DNA of 64,000 nucleotides from Acidobacteriota bacterium (GCA_040005235.1 JBDTZG010000002.1:128001-192000); one strand, 5' to 3'. Shown: positions 17,419 to 27,609, counted from the first letter of the stretch. A program made the numbers and translations. The notes: generated by a model from the sequence alone, not told the origin.

Positions 17419-19983
17419 CTACGGCGCGTATCCCGCCGGGGCCTTGATCTCCAATCCCGGCCGCTTTAACGCCACTTCCACCCGCCGGAACTTTCCGTCG
17501 CTGGTCGATTGGGTGGATTGATACGAGAGCAGCCAGCGGGCGCGCAGATCGCGATCGATCGACTGGTAGAGCTCGGCGAGCTCTTTGGCATCGTCGGGGA
17601 AGAGCGCCAGTCCACCGGTTGCCTCGGCCAGTTTTTCCAGGTGGTGGCGGGCGGCCAGCTCGCTCCTCGGCAACGAAAGGCCGATCGCATAGATCACGAC
17701 GCCGCTGCGCCGCGCGGCTTCCAGCGCCTGATCGAAATCGAAGCGGCTCGACTTGTCGCCGCCGTCGGTCAGTACCAGCAGGGCGCGCGGCCCGGAAAGC
17801 CCTTTCATGTAATCGAGCGCGAAGATCAAGCTGTCGAAGAGAGCGGTGCTCCGTTCGGCGGAGAGACCCGCGAGGCCCGCCACCAGCTTGTCGACCTCGG
17901 CGGTGAACGGCACTTCGATCACCGGTTTCTCCGAGAAGCGCAGCAACGCCGCCCGATCGCCGGGTTTGAGCGCGCCGCGCAGGAAACCTCCGGCCGCCTG
18001 CTGGACTTGGACGAGCGCGGATTCCATCGAGGCCGAGGTGTCGAGCAGCAGGGCGGCGCGGATCGGTAGGTTTTCCACCCGGTCGCAGCGCAGCAGCTCT
18101 TGCGGCACGCCGTCTTCGGCGACCGAGAAATCGCTGGCGGAAAGGCCCGCGACCGCATGCCCCGCGGCGTCGCGGACCTCCACCGGCAGCTCGACCAGGC
18201 GGACCTCGACGTGGCCGATCTCGCCCGGCGCGTTCAACACCACGAGATCCTCCGCCGTGCGGCCGTCGGCGAGATAGGCAAGCGCCCGCACCGAGACGAT
18301 CGCGCCGCTCTTGGGCAGGTCGATCGGCTGGAGCCAGGGTGGCTGGTAGAGGGTCGCAACGCGGAGGTCGTCGACGAACAGCTCCAACCGGTCGAGGGTC
18401 TCGCCGTCCGGCACTTTGATCTCCGCTTCGGCGCTCCGGCGGCCGCCGGGGTCCTGCCCCGGCCGCGGTTCGAGCAGGCGCACCGCGAAGCGTTGGGCGC
18501 CGGGATTGAGCGCCAACTCGTCGCTGCCGATCAAGGTTCCCGCCGCGTCGTAACCGAGCGCCCGGACCGTCCGGCTCGCCGGCAGCGAGCCCAAGTTCAA
18601 CTCGACGCTGTAGGGCGGCTTCCCCTTGGTCAAAATCGGTTTGTCTTCGAGCTGAAACGTGACTTTGGTGATCCGCGGATCGCCGATTTCGGTGTCGATC
18701 CTCACCGTGCCGGATTGAAGCTCGCCGGCCGGCCGCAGCAGGCGGATTGGAACGGCGGGGAACGACGGAGGAAGCGCCGCGACCACGCTCGTTGGGGTCT
18801 CCACACCGCCGGTGGGTGTCGCGACAGCCCCTCCCGAATCAGGTTCGACGTTCAGGTCGCGTTCGAAGCGGATCGCTTTCTTGGTCGCCAGCTCCTCCAC
18901 TTTGAGCACCAGTTTGTACTGGCCGGGCCGAAGCTCGCGCTCGATCGCAAGCGGCAGGTCGAAAGGCGGTGCGCCCTCTTTGACCGGCAGGTCGAAGCGC
19001 GCCCGGAACGAATCGAACAGCTCGTTTTCCTTGATCACTTCGCCGGTGATCAGGAACTCGTAGCTCGGCGAGCCGGCGATCTCTGTCGGCGTGGCGTCGG
19101 CCGAAGGGACGGCGAGCCGGGCGAGGACGCGGACGTGCTGCGAGCGGCCGGGGGTTTGCTCGATGCTATCCAGCCGGGCGTTCAACTGAGGATCATTTTC
19201 GTCTACGTCGGTCGAAACGGTCTTGAAGCTCGCCAGCCACTCGTTGTCGCCGCGCCGTTCCGGCTTCGACTGGGCGATCTCCAACTCGCCTCCCTGGTCT
19301 TCCAGCTGCACTTCGTAGATCGCTCTCCGGATGGGAGCTGCACCGGTAAGGCAGCGCTGGTTGACCAAGGTGATGAACCGATCCTCGTTGCCGAGATCCG
19401 CGTTGTCGCGAAACGCGGGAAGCAGCACGGCCCACCCTTCGCTCGGTCGCCAAAGCCGGTAGGGGCCGGAGGCCGCCGGCCGACGGAATAGAAAGGTGAA
19501 GGTGCCGACGCCGTTTCTCCCCGAGGGGTAGGTCCAGATCTCGATCGGCAGCAGGAAGAGCCCGCAATCGGTGTTGTAGATCGACAACGGCTCGCCCTTG
19601 AGCTGGAAGATCCGGCCCCGGTCGTCGACCTTTTCCGGGTAGCGAACCTTGCGCTCGTCCAGCCGGCGTCGCCATTCGATCTCGAATTCGTTGCGCAGGG
19701 TCTCCGGATACGGATCGCGCGCCTTCCAAAACGCACGGATGAACGCCTCGCGCTGGTAGTCCTTTTCGAGGGACAAGAACGCCTTCTTCTCGTCCTTGGT
19801 GATCAACAGATCGGCATCTTCGAGGAATTGGCGGAACGGCAGGGCGAGGTTGGGATCGTCCTTGGCGAGAGACACGGCCGGAGCCAAGAAGAGACAACCC
19901 AGAAGGACGAGGCCGCGGAAACCGCGGCGGAGGCCAAGCCGGCGAGAGCGCATGGCGAAACGGCTCAGCAGTTTCAATGCCAC
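17419..19983 (-). CDS. GWxTD-domain plus VWA-domain protein (acidobacterial type)
   Basis: EKKAFLSL..FWKARDPYPET.RNEF..DDRGRI..GEP (GWxTD domain), Ig-like segments, C-terminal LLDTSASM / TALFDS / LTDGGD VWA. Start could be 19953. Confidence 0.85.
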   Translation of the reverse strand: MALKLLSRFAMRSRRLGLRRGFRGLVLLGCLFLAPAVSLAKDDPNLALPFRQFLEDADLLITKDEKKAFLSLEKDYQREAFIRAFWKARDPYPETLRNEFEIEWRRRLDERKVRYPEKVDDRGRIFQLKGEPLSIYNTDCGLFLLPIEIWTYPSGRNGVGTFTFLFRRPAASGPYRLWRPSEGWAVLLPAFRDNADLGNEDRFITLVNQRCLTGAAPIRRAIYEVQLEDQGGELEIAQSKPERRGDNEWLASFKTVSTDVDENDPQLNARLDSIEQTPGRSQHVRVLARLAVPSADATPTEIAGSPSYEFLITGEVIKENELFDSFRARFDLPVKEGAPPFDLPLAIERELRPGQYKLVLKVEELATKKAIRFERDLNVEPDSGGAVATPTGGVETPTSVVAALPPSFPAVPIRLLRPAGELQSGTVRIDTEIGDPRITKVTFQLEDKPILTKGKPPYSVELNLGSLPASRTVRALGYDAAGTLIGSDELALNPGAQRFAVRLLEPRPGQDPGGRRSAEAEIKVPDGETLDRLELFVDDLRVATLYQPPWLQPIDLPKSGAIVSVRALAYLADGRTAEDLVVLNAPGEIGHVEVRLVELPVEVRDAAGHAVAGLSASDFSVAEDGVPQELLRCDRVENLPIRAALLLDTSASMESALVQVQQAAGGFLRGALKPGDRAALLRFSEKPVIEVPFTAEVDKLVAGLAGLSAERSTALFDSLIFALDYMKGLSGPRALLVLTDGGDKSSRFDFDQALEAARRSGVVIYAIGLSLPRSELAARHHLEKLAEATGGLALFPDDAKELAELYQSIDRDLRARWLLSYQSTQSTSDGKFRRVEVALKRPGLEIKAPAGYAP

Positions 19984-20001
19984 GCGCCCCCGGCCTCGCC
20001 T

Positions 20002-22494
20002 TTACTTGTCGCCCGTCGGCGGAGCCAAGGTCAGCCGATGGACCGCCTTGCCGGGCAGGAACGGTGTCGGCTCGCCTTTTTCCCACGCTTCGTGGCCGGC
20101 CATGTAATAGGGCGACAAGGGATGACCGCTTTCGCCTATCGGCGTTTCGAAGATGCCTTTGTCTTCCGCTCCGGGGGAAACCGCGATCCGCTCGGAGGCG
20201 CCGAAGCCGGCCGACTGGACGCGCGGCATGTTGTGGTCGCCCGGCAGCGGATCGCGCGGCGCGTTCAGGTAGCGGCCGAGCGCGGGGATGGCGAGCGCGA
20301 TCGGATGCTGGAATCGCGTCGTGTTGACCCGGCCCCAGGTTCGGTCCGCGAGATTGGGGCCCAACCCTTTCGTGCTGCCGGGGAATGCGTCGATCGCGGC
20401 GAGGAACTGCTCGTCCCAGCTCTTGAACTTCGGATCGAGCAGATGCGCCGGCCGTTTCTGGACCATCTCCCAGAGCGGCCCTTCGAGCTGATTGAACTGC
20501 CAGAAATTGAAATTCGGGTCGGCGGCTTTGCAGCGGGCGGTGATTGCGGAAAAGACCTGGTCGAGCAGATTGCTCCGGAAGTTTCGCACGATGAGGTACG
20601 CCGCTGAATCGATCGACGCCTTGCCGGTCCAGGTGGTTTCGAGCAGCCGGCGCATCTCCGCGCGCTCGGGATGTCCGGCGAGCGCCTCGGGCGTCAAGGC
20701 CGCCAGCTCGACGCCGCGCCAGCGGTCGAGGAAGAGCGCCCGGTCGTCGAGCTGGATCGCCAGAAAGTCCTTCGGCGCAGCCTTTTCCAGCTTCGCCAGG
20801 TCGTCGCGGATCTGCCGGGCGCGGGCGCCGAGATCGTGGCCGCCGTTGCCCAACTTTGCTAGAAACGCCCCTTCGGTCGTCCGGTTGTTCGCGGTCCAAA
20901 TGCGCCCGTCGGGCGGATCGATGATCGTCGGAACCTCGTCGTCGGCGAGCCATCCGTTCCAGCCGCGCGTGCCGTCGCCCCACGAGACGGGGGTCGCCCC
21001 GTCCCAGCCGACGCGGCGAGGGATCGCGCCGATGATCGTCCAGCCGATGTGCCCTAGGGCGTCGACCACGGTGAAGTTCTGCGGCGGAATGCCGATCCGG
21101 TGCGCGGCATGAATCGCCTCGGCGACGTTGGCCGCGTGTTCCAGGTCGAGACTGTTGAGGTTGATCGCCTCTGGATGATGGGCGGTCCAGGCGAGCACCC
21201 GCGGGCGCTTGGCATGGTCGCTGTCGATCACCGGTCCCCAGATCGTTTCAAGGACGGTCAACTCCACCGGCGGACGCCCCTTGACCCGGATCGTCTCCGG
21301 GAAGTGCTCGAACGGTTTCGGGCCGGACGGCGTGCCGTAGATCGTCGGCTGGCTCGGATCGAAATCGAGCTCGACCAGATCGGTCCAATCGCCATAGCTG
21401 TTGGTGAAGCCCCAGGCGACATGGCCGTTCGAACCGACCGCCACCATCGGCGTGCCGGGGAGCGTGACCCCGGTGGTCCGCCGGCTGGTGCCGTTCGCGT
21501 CGTTCCAGATCAGCGAAGCGCGGTACCAGGTGTTCGGCACGGTGATTCCGAGGTGCATGTCGTTGCCCAGCATCCCGCGGCCGTCGGCGGTGTGGGCTCC
21601 CGAAAGCGCCCAGTTGTTGCTGCCCACGGCGGCCCGGTCTGCGGGCGCCGGTTCGGGGAACGGGTCGAAGAGGGGAGCCAATGCCGCGGCCTTCGAGGCG
21701 GGGGCGGCCGGCGGCTGATGGGAAAGGTCGAAGACCTCCGGGCCCGGCATGGCCGGCGGTAGGATCGGCCCGCCGACGAGCGGCGCATCCCACTCGGTGC
21801 CGTCCGTGGCGAGATAGGCGGCCAGCTCCGGCGGCAGGAGGTCGCGCATCAAGCCGCGGTCGGAATCGCGCCGGCCGTTCTCGTCGTTCAGCTCGAAGAA
21901 CATCGCAAAGACCGCGACCAGCGAGTCCTCCGGCCGCCAGGGCGCGGGTTTCATTCGAATCGCCAGATATTCAGGCGGCCGCGCACCGAGGCTTAGCAGG
22001 CCTGCGTTCACCCCCTGGGTATAGGCTTCGAGCACCTGGCGCTGCTCCGGGGGAAGGGTTTTGAAGCGGCTCTCGGCGCGGCTCCGGAAACGATGAATGC
22101 GGTGCTGTTTGTCCAGCTCGATCGCCGCCGGCCCGAAAAGCTCGGCCAGCTCGCCCGCCCCCTGACGGCGCATCAAATCCATCTGAAAGAAGCGGTCCTG
22201 GCCATGCAGGAAACCCAAGCCTCGCGCGGCGTCCGCGCGATTGGCGGCCCGGACCGTCGGCACCCCTAAAGCATCGCGCTCGATCTCGACCGAGGCCGAC
22301 AGCCCCGCCACCGACGCCCGGCCGTCGAGCTGCGGCAGGCTCGCGGTCATCTGAATCCAAAACCAGAGGGTGAACGCGATCACCAGCAGGAGCAGGACGC
22401 CCAGAGTCCCCGCGGCGATCAAAAGCACCCGACGCATTCGGCCTCGTACACGACGTCGGGAAGGGGGCGGAACGGGCTGGATCACAGGAATCAT
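20002..22494 (-). CDS. Penicillin acylase family Ntn-hydrolase (AHL-acylase-like)
   Basis: IERDALGVP, GFLHGQDRFFQMDLMRR, GSNNWA (Ser nucleophile), NDMHL, GESGHPLSPYY. Confidence 0.92.
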   Translation of the reverse strand: MIPVIQPVPPPSRRRVRGRMRRVLLIAAGTLGVLLLLVIAFTLWFWIQMTASLPQLDGRASVAGLSASVEIERDALGVPTVRAANRADAARGLGFLHGQDRFFQMDLMRRQGAGELAELFGPAAIELDKQHRIHRFRSRAESRFKTLPPEQRQVLEAYTQGVNAGLLSLGARPPEYLAIRMKPAPWRPEDSLVAVFAMFFELNDENGRRDSDRGLMRDLLPPELAAYLATDGTEWDAPLVGGPILPPAMPGPEVFDLSHQPPAAPASKAAALAPLFDPFPEPAPADRAAVGSNNWALSGAHTADGRGMLGNDMHLGITVPNTWYRASLIWNDANGTSRRTTGVTLPGTPMVAVGSNGHVAWGFTNSYGDWTDLVELDFDPSQPTIYGTPSGPKPFEHFPETIRVKGRPPVELTVLETIWGPVIDSDHAKRPRVLAWTAHHPEAINLNSLDLEHAANVAEAIHAAHRIGIPPQNFTVVDALGHIGWTIIGAIPRRVGWDGATPVSWGDGTRGWNGWLADDEVPTIIDPPDGRIWTANNRTTEGAFLAKLGNGGHDLGARARQIRDDLAKLEKAAPKDFLAIQLDDRALFLDRWRGVELAALTPEALAGHPERAEMRRLLETTWTGKASIDSAAYLIVRNFRSNLLDQVFSAITARCKAADPNFNFWQFNQLEGPLWEMVQKRPAHLLDPKFKSWDEQFLAAIDAFPGSTKGLGPNLADRTWGRVNTTRFQHPIALAIPALGRYLNAPRDPLPGDHNMPRVQSAGFGASERIAVSPGAEDKGIFETPIGESGHPLSPYYMAGHEAWEKGEPTPFLPGKAVHRLTLAPPTGDK

Positions 22495-22680
22495 CGCCAG
22501 AGTCCTCATTCCCCAAACAAGGGGAGAATCGTTGTGGGTTCGGTCGAAAAAAGTGTCGCGTGGGAACTGTATCGCGCCGTCCACGCCTTACGCGGGGTAG
22601 GGGCGAAAGTTACACGAATTCGCCCGGGGCTGGTGGCACGAGTATTCAGGAATGGGTGCCCGTCTGTTAGTCTTAACGCC

Positions 22681-24372
22681 ATGCAAGAAATTTTTAAGTC
22701 CTTCTCACGGGTCCTTGTTGTATCCCTGTCCCTAGTCGCCAGCCCTTCCATCGTCGCTTTGGGCCAAGCACTCCAGGAGGAGCCTGAACCTGGAACCTTT
22801 GCCACCAACGAACTTTTCGAGCTGAACGAAGCACCACAGGTCGAGGCGTCACAGGAGACCCGGCCGCCGGATGTGGAGCCGGATGGAGACGGCTATACCG
22901 ATAAAGAACGGGAAGAAGCTGCGGCCGGCGCATTGGCCGATCGCCGGGCCGAAGCGCCGGATCAGGTTCTTACCTTCGACGCCGATACACCGCCGCCCCA
23001 GGCCGAAGGGCCGGTTGGCGATACGGTGGCGGTAGTAAGGAGTTTTGCAGGAATCGATTTTTCAATGAGCGGTCGTCCCATCCCGGATGTGAGCATTGCT
23101 AGGAGCCCGAATCGCATTCTGCAAGCAACCAACGCGATGCTTCGCCTAACTGATACCGGGGGCGCCGTCATCTCTCAAATGTCGACGGATACGTTCTTCG
23201 GCCTGACCGGACTGAAAGCTGGAACTACCGACCCCAAGGTCTATTTCGACGCTCTTGGTACGACGAAAGTGTTTGTCATCGCGGTAATGGGCAAGGGAAC
23301 ACCCAAGAAGCTTCATATCGCAGTGTCCCGAAACCCCGATCCCACGAACCTGCTGGCTCCGGAGAGCTGGTGCCGCTTCAGTCTGGACCATCCTGCAATT
23401 GTCCCTCAGGTGGGCGCTGACTATCCGAACTTGGGGGCTGGGTCGGAGCATCTGATTCTGACGTCCAACCACTTCGCGGGAAGCGGCGGTGGCACCTTGG
23501 TTCGGCTGATTGCAAAAAATATTTTGTACATTAACCCGCCCACCTGCCGTACCAGCGTGCCTTTGACCGCGCTCTTCCCGGCTCCCAGTGGTCTCACGCT
23601 CGATGTGAATTTGCGGACCCTTCAACCTGTCCAGAGTGTCATCGCTCCTACCCCCGTCGGGGGCGTAGTCCCATTTGGGTATCTCGTGAGTGCGCTTGAG
23701 TATGGCACTTATGGGTACCGGGTTTGGAGCATCCAACGTAACAGCACAGGTGCTCTTGTCCTTCTTCCTTCTGCGCCTGTCTTGGCTTCGAAAATGTACT
23801 TGGCGCCACCTCCCGCGCCTCAGCCGCCGAATTCTGCAACATACACGTTGGATCCCGGAGATGGCCGCATTTTGCAGGCTGTGGGTGTCGGCAATTCGAT
23901 CTGGTTTTCCCAGACGACAGGGTGCAACAATAGTGGAACTGGGGTGAACGAATCTTGTGCTAATGCGATGCAGCTGAATGTCGTACCGGGGGCAAGCATG
24001 CCCAGTGCGAGTTTCGGCCAGCAGTACATGATTGGCGCCGGTACGGGCGTTTCCATTTGGCAGCCGTCAATCGCGATTACGCCCACGGCCCACGTTGCCC
24101 TTATGTATCATCAGGGGTCGAAGGACCTCGCGATGAGTCTTGGCCTTGCCGTCAAGCGAGCGTCCACGACGATCTTCAAGGCTCTTCCTCTGGAGCGAGG
24201 TGCTTGCAACAAGATAGGCAGCCAGATTCGAACCGGCGATTATCTGGGTGCCCAAGGGGACCCTAGCGGTGCGACCTTTTGGTTGGCCGGAGAGAAGTTG
24301 GTCAATTTTGGGCCGGACCCTCAGCACTTGACTTGTCAGTGGACGACTTTTGTCAAAGAGGTACGGCCATGA
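22681..24372 (+). CDS. Secreted hypothetical protein (PD..., DP.v.FD, DYP.LG, R.GDY motifs)
   Basis: Signal peptide, acidic pro-region, motifs PDVSIARSP, TDPKVYFD, ADYPNLG, RTGDYLG. Visibly lower GC than flanks. Confidence 0.7.
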   Translation: MQEIFKSFSRVLVVSLSLVASPSIVALGQALQEEPEPGTFATNELFELNEAPQVEASQETRPPDVEPDGDGYTDKEREEAAAGALADRRAEAPDQVLTFDADTPPPQAEGPVGDTVAVVRSFAGIDFSMSGRPIPDVSIARSPNRILQATNAMLRLTDTGGAVISQMSTDTFFGLTGLKAGTTDPKVYFDALGTTKVFVIAVMGKGTPKKLHIAVSRNPDPTNLLAPESWCRFSLDHPAIVPQVGADYPNLGAGSEHLILTSNHFAGSGGGTLVRLIAKNILYINPPTCRTSVPLTALFPAPSGLTLDVNLRTLQPVQSVIAPTPVGGVVPFGYLVSALEYGTYGYRVWSIQRNSTGALVLLPSAPVLASKMYLAPPPAPQPPNSATYTLDPGDGRILQAVGVGNSIWFSQTTGCNNSGTGVNESCANAMQLNVVPGASMPSASFGQQYMIGAGTGVSIWQPSIAITPTAHVALMYHQGSKDLAMSLGLAVKRASTTIFKALPLERGACNKIGSQIRTGDYLGAQGDPSGATFWLAGEKLVNFGPDPQHLTCQWTTFVKEVRP

Positions 24373-24875
24373 GAACAACTTCAATACCTAAGGTCACGCT
24401 TCTGGTGCTGGCGTTCCTCGGAGTAGTAGCCGCCGGATCGGCGCAGGAGCCCTCCGGCTTCCTGCTCCGGCATCGGGTTCATTTGGTATCGGTTGAGTTG
24501 GGGATCGACGCCACCACCGAACAGGCGATCTTTCGCGACGGCCTGATCGTGACTACGACCGAGACCTTGAGCGATGTTCAGATCAGCCGTCGTCGCGCCA
24601 CCCCTGAAGCGCTCAGAAGACTTCACGCGGCCTTTCGGCAGTTTCACATCGGGGAGGAAGGAGGGGCGTGCTATCAGGCGTCGACTCAGTTTGATTTCAT
24701 CCAAGACACCTTCACTTGGTTCTCTCGTGGTGCGGCGGGACACACCTTCAAGGTGGGTGATCCGTTCACCGAAATCTGCGGCGAGAACGCGACGCGGCTT
24801 CTGGCGGAGATTTCTGACTTCCTAGGTTCGGCGACCCCTGAACCGGGCCTCCAGGATGTGGTGATCTCGAACTAG
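24369..24875 (+). CDS. Secreted hypothetical protein
   Basis: ATGA overlap with upstream gene; signal peptide MRTTSIPKVTLLVLAFLGVVAAGSA. Confidence 0.7.
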   Translation: MRTTSIPKVTLLVLAFLGVVAAGSAQEPSGFLLRHRVHLVSVELGIDATTEQAIFRDGLIVTTTETLSDVQISRRRATPEALRRLHAAFRQFHIGEEGGACYQASTQFDFIQDTFTWFSRGAAGHTFKVGDPFTEICGENATRLLAEISDFLGSATPEPGLQDVVISN

Positions 24876-24921
24876 CTCTCAACCCCCTAGGCCGGCGCAC
24901 TCGGCTACACTCTCCCGACCC

Positions 24922-26745
24922 ATGCGCGAGCCTACCCTCCCCGACCTACGGGCTTTTCTCGACCAGCTGCGGCGCAATGGCGACCTGGCGGTGGTCGAGG
25001 CGCCGGTCGATGCCCGTTTGGAGGTCCCTGAGATCCACCGGCGGGCGATCGCGGCGGGTGGGCCGGCGCTCTTGTTCACGAACGTTCGCGGGGCGGATTT
25101 TCCGCTGGTCACCAACCTGTTCGGGACTCCGAAGCGGGCCGAGATCGCTTTCGGCAAGCGGCCGTTCGAGCTGATTCGCCGCTTGGTCTCGCTCGCGCAG
25201 GAGATCCTTCCTCCCACTCCTGCGAAGCTCTGGGCGGCGCGGGACTTCGCGTTCGAGGCTCTTCGGGTGGGCCTGAAGCGTGGGCACTCCGGGCCGGTCT
25301 CCGAGGTGGTGACGAAGAGCCGGGAGGAGGTACGGCTCGATCGGCTGCCCGTGCTCACCACCTGGCCGGAGGACGGCGGGCCGTTCGTCACCCTGCCGCT
25401 GGTCTATACCGAGCACCCCGACGGCCACGGCCACAACCTGGGGATGTACCGGCTCCAAGTGCATGACGAGCGGACCACCGGGATGCATTGGCAGATCGGC
25501 AAGGGCGGAGGATTCCACTACGCGGTCGCCGAGTCGCGCGGCGAGACGCTACCGGTCACAGTCTTTTTGGGCGGGCCACCCGCGCTGATCCTATCGGCCA
25601 TTGCGCCGCTGCCTGAAAACGTTCCCGAGCTGATGCTCGCTTCGCTGATCGCCGGGCAGAAGCTTGGGCTGATCGAGGGGGTCGGCCCGCACCCTCTGAT
25701 CGCCAACGCGGAATTCGCTCTGATCGGCAAGGTGCCGCCTCGCGTCCGCCGCCCGGAAGGGCCGTTCGGCGACCACTACGGCTACTACTCGCTAGAGCAC
25801 GACTACCCCGTCTTCGAAGTCGAAAAGATCGCTCGGCGGAAAGACGCGATCTACCCCGCGACCGTGGTCGGCAAGCCGCGGCAGGAGGATTTCTTCCTCG
25901 GCGATCTCCTCCAGGAGCTGCTCTCTCCCCTCTTCCCGCTGGTCATGCCGGGCGTGCTCGATCTTTGGTCGTACGGCGAGACCGGCTACCACTCGCTCGC
26001 CGGAGCGGTGGTCCGCGAGCGTTACCGCCGCGAGGCGATGGCGAGCGCGTTTCGCATCCTGGGCGAAGGCCAGCTGTCGCTCACCAAGTTCCTGCTGGTA
26101 ACCGACCAGCCGGTCGATCTCAAAGACTTCCGCGCGACGCTGGTCCATCTGCTCGAACGGACGCGGCCGGAAACCGATCTCTACGTTTTCTCGAACCTGT
26201 CGATGGACACGCTCGACTACTCCGGGCCCAAAGTGAACGAAGGGTCGAAAGGCGTCTGGCTGGGTTTAGGCGACCCGGTGCGCGACCTGCCGCGCGAGTT
26301 TCAGGCGCCGGAGCTGCCGGTCGGTTGCCCCGAAGTCCACGTCTTCTGCCCCGGCTGCCTGGTAGTCGGCGGCCCGTCGTTCGAGAGCGAGCCGGGGGCT
26401 GCGGCTCGCTTCGCCGCGCACCCGGCGTTCGCCGACTGGCCGCTCGTGATCCTTTCCGACGAGCCGAAACGGGCCGCAGCGAGCGCGATGAATTTCCTCT
26501 GGACGACCTTCACCCGCTTCGAGCCGGCGGCCGACATCTACGCTGCCTCTACCGACGTCGTCCGGCATCACCTGTCGTACCAACCGCCGATCTTGATCGA
26601 CGCCCGCACCAAACCCTGGTACCCCAAAGAGCTGTTCGCCGACCCGGCGACCGCCGCCACCGTCACGCGCCGCTGGCGGGAGTATTTCCCCGACGGCAAT
26701 GTCGAGATGGGCGACTCGGACCGGGGGCATCTCGATCCGGAGTAG
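24922..26745 (+). CDS. UbiD-family prFMN-dependent decarboxylase (long form, menaquinone-pathway type)
   Basis: NLFGT, WPEDGGPFVTLP, NLGMYRLQ, EGPFGDHYGYY, VVGKPRQED, DTLDYSG. Confidence 0.92.
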   Translation: MREPTLPDLRAFLDQLRRNGDLAVVEAPVDARLEVPEIHRRAIAAGGPALLFTNVRGADFPLVTNLFGTPKRAEIAFGKRPFELIRRLVSLAQEILPPTPAKLWAARDFAFEALRVGLKRGHSGPVSEVVTKSREEVRLDRLPVLTTWPEDGGPFVTLPLVYTEHPDGHGHNLGMYRLQVHDERTTGMHWQIGKGGGFHYAVAESRGETLPVTVFLGGPPALILSAIAPLPENVPELMLASLIAGQKLGLIEGVGPHPLIANAEFALIGKVPPRVRRPEGPFGDHYGYYSLEHDYPVFEVEKIARRKDAIYPATVVGKPRQEDFFLGDLLQELLSPLFPLVMPGVLDLWSYGETGYHSLAGAVVRERYRREAMASAFRILGEGQLSLTKFLLVTDQPVDLKDFRATLVHLLERTRPETDLYVFSNLSMDTLDYSGPKVNEGSKGVWLGLGDPVRDLPREFQAPELPVGCPEVHVFCPGCLVVGGPSFESEPGAAARFAAHPAFADWPLVILSDEPKRAAASAMNFLWTTFTRFEPAADIYAASTDVVRHHLSYQPPILIDARTKPWYPKELFADPATAATVTRRWREYFPDGNVEMGDSDRGHLDPE

Positions 26746-27074
26746 GCCGGCCCGCAGCCGGCCCGCAAACTCCGGTATACTTCTCGCTGAATTCGCGACA
26801 CAATATCCTAGGAGGATCTAGTTGGCGGAACGTGTGCCGTGGAAGGGATTCGAAGGTTTCTTGGACTCCCGCGAGACCGGCCGCGAGATCTGGCGTGCCG
26901 ACAGGCTTCCTCCGATGCCCGTGACCCGGGCTCCTGTGTCTTTGTACCGCTGCTCGGTCAGGAGGAAAAGACTCGAGGCTGGGCCGCTGAGGGGACCGCG
27001 CCAGTGCGCAACTGAATATTGGTAAATCGTCGCAAGCAGGGCGTCCAAAACCAAACTCACGAAAAGGAGAAGCA

Positions 27075-27296
27075 ATGCACAAGAAGAAACTTAGCCTGGC
27101 CAGGGAAACCTTGCAGCGCCTGGAGGCCTCTCAGGTGATCCATGGCGCGTTTTCGCTTAGTTGCGTTGTTTCAGATTACTATACCTGTTGGACGGATTGC
27201 GATGCTTGCTACGGCTCGACGAATTGGCCAACCTGCGCGGGAAGTAATTGCAACACCTGCCATTCGGGTGGCTGCCAAACGAACCGGTGCGTTTGA
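27075..27296 (+). CDS. RiPP-like precursor peptide 1 (leader KKLSLARETLQRL, Cys/Ser/Thr-rich core)
   Basis: AAGGAG RBS; 73 aa; leader ends in HGA; core has 9 Cys and 12 Ser/Thr. Confidence 0.8.
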   Translation: MHKKKLSLARETLQRLEASQVIHGAFSLSCVVSDYYTCWTDCDACYGSTNWPTCAGSNCNTCHSGGCQTNRCV

Positions 27297-27327
27297 GATT
27301 GGCCTTTGGGACAGGGAAGGAACACAG

Positions 27328-27525
27328 ATGCGAAAGAAAAAGCTCGCCTTGGCCAGGGAAACCGTGCAGAAGTTGGAGATCACCGATGTGGTCAGTGGAG
27401 CCGTTCGCACCGCTGATTCATGTGGCTTTGAATGCACGGTTATCAGTGATGCGCCGACCTGTGCGGCCACACTCTGCGGTGGAAATTGCCACTCGGGTGG
27501 TTGCCAGACACAGGTGTGTGTTTGA
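27328..27525 (+). CDS. RiPP-like precursor peptide 2 (paralogue of peptide 1)
   Basis: GGAAGGA RBS; MRKKKLALARETVQKLEITDVVSGA-VRTADSCGFECTVISDAPTCAATLCGGNCHSGGCQTQVCV; core has 7 Cys and 8 Ser/Thr. Confidence 0.8.
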   Translation: MRKKKLALARETVQKLEITDVVSGAVRTADSCGFECTVISDAPTCAATLCGGNCHSGGCQTQVCV

Positions 27526-27528
27526 CTT

Positions 27529-27609
27529 CGCTCGGGGTTTAACCTGGGCGACTCGCTAGAATAGGAGTCGCGAAACCCACCCTACACCCCTCAGGAGGAA
27601 GGGTGGGTT
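27529..27609. repeat. Cluster of three hairpins (REP-like or terminator) between convergent genes
   Basis: cgctcggggtttaacctgggcg; gcgactc...gagtcgc; aacccaccct...agggtgggtt. Confidence 0.5.

Noticed and set aside
24922-26745. UbiD decarboxylase as a tailoring enzyme for the adjacent precursor peptides
   Set aside because: It looks like an ordinary quinone-pathway enzyme, separated by about 330 bp and a composition shift; RiPP Cys decarboxylases are HFCD flavoproteins, not UbiD.
26839-26861. gtgccgtggaagggattcgaa resembles the reverse complement of a tRNA 3' end (att-site remnant)
   Set aside because: The T-stem 5' strand does not pair, there is no CCA and no cloverleaf, and no integrase is nearby; too short to support.
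27246-27266. CxxCH (CNTCH) heme c motif in precursor peptide 1
   Set aside because: The paralogue has CGGNCH (different spacing) and there is no Sec signal peptide; most likely a by-product of Cys richness.
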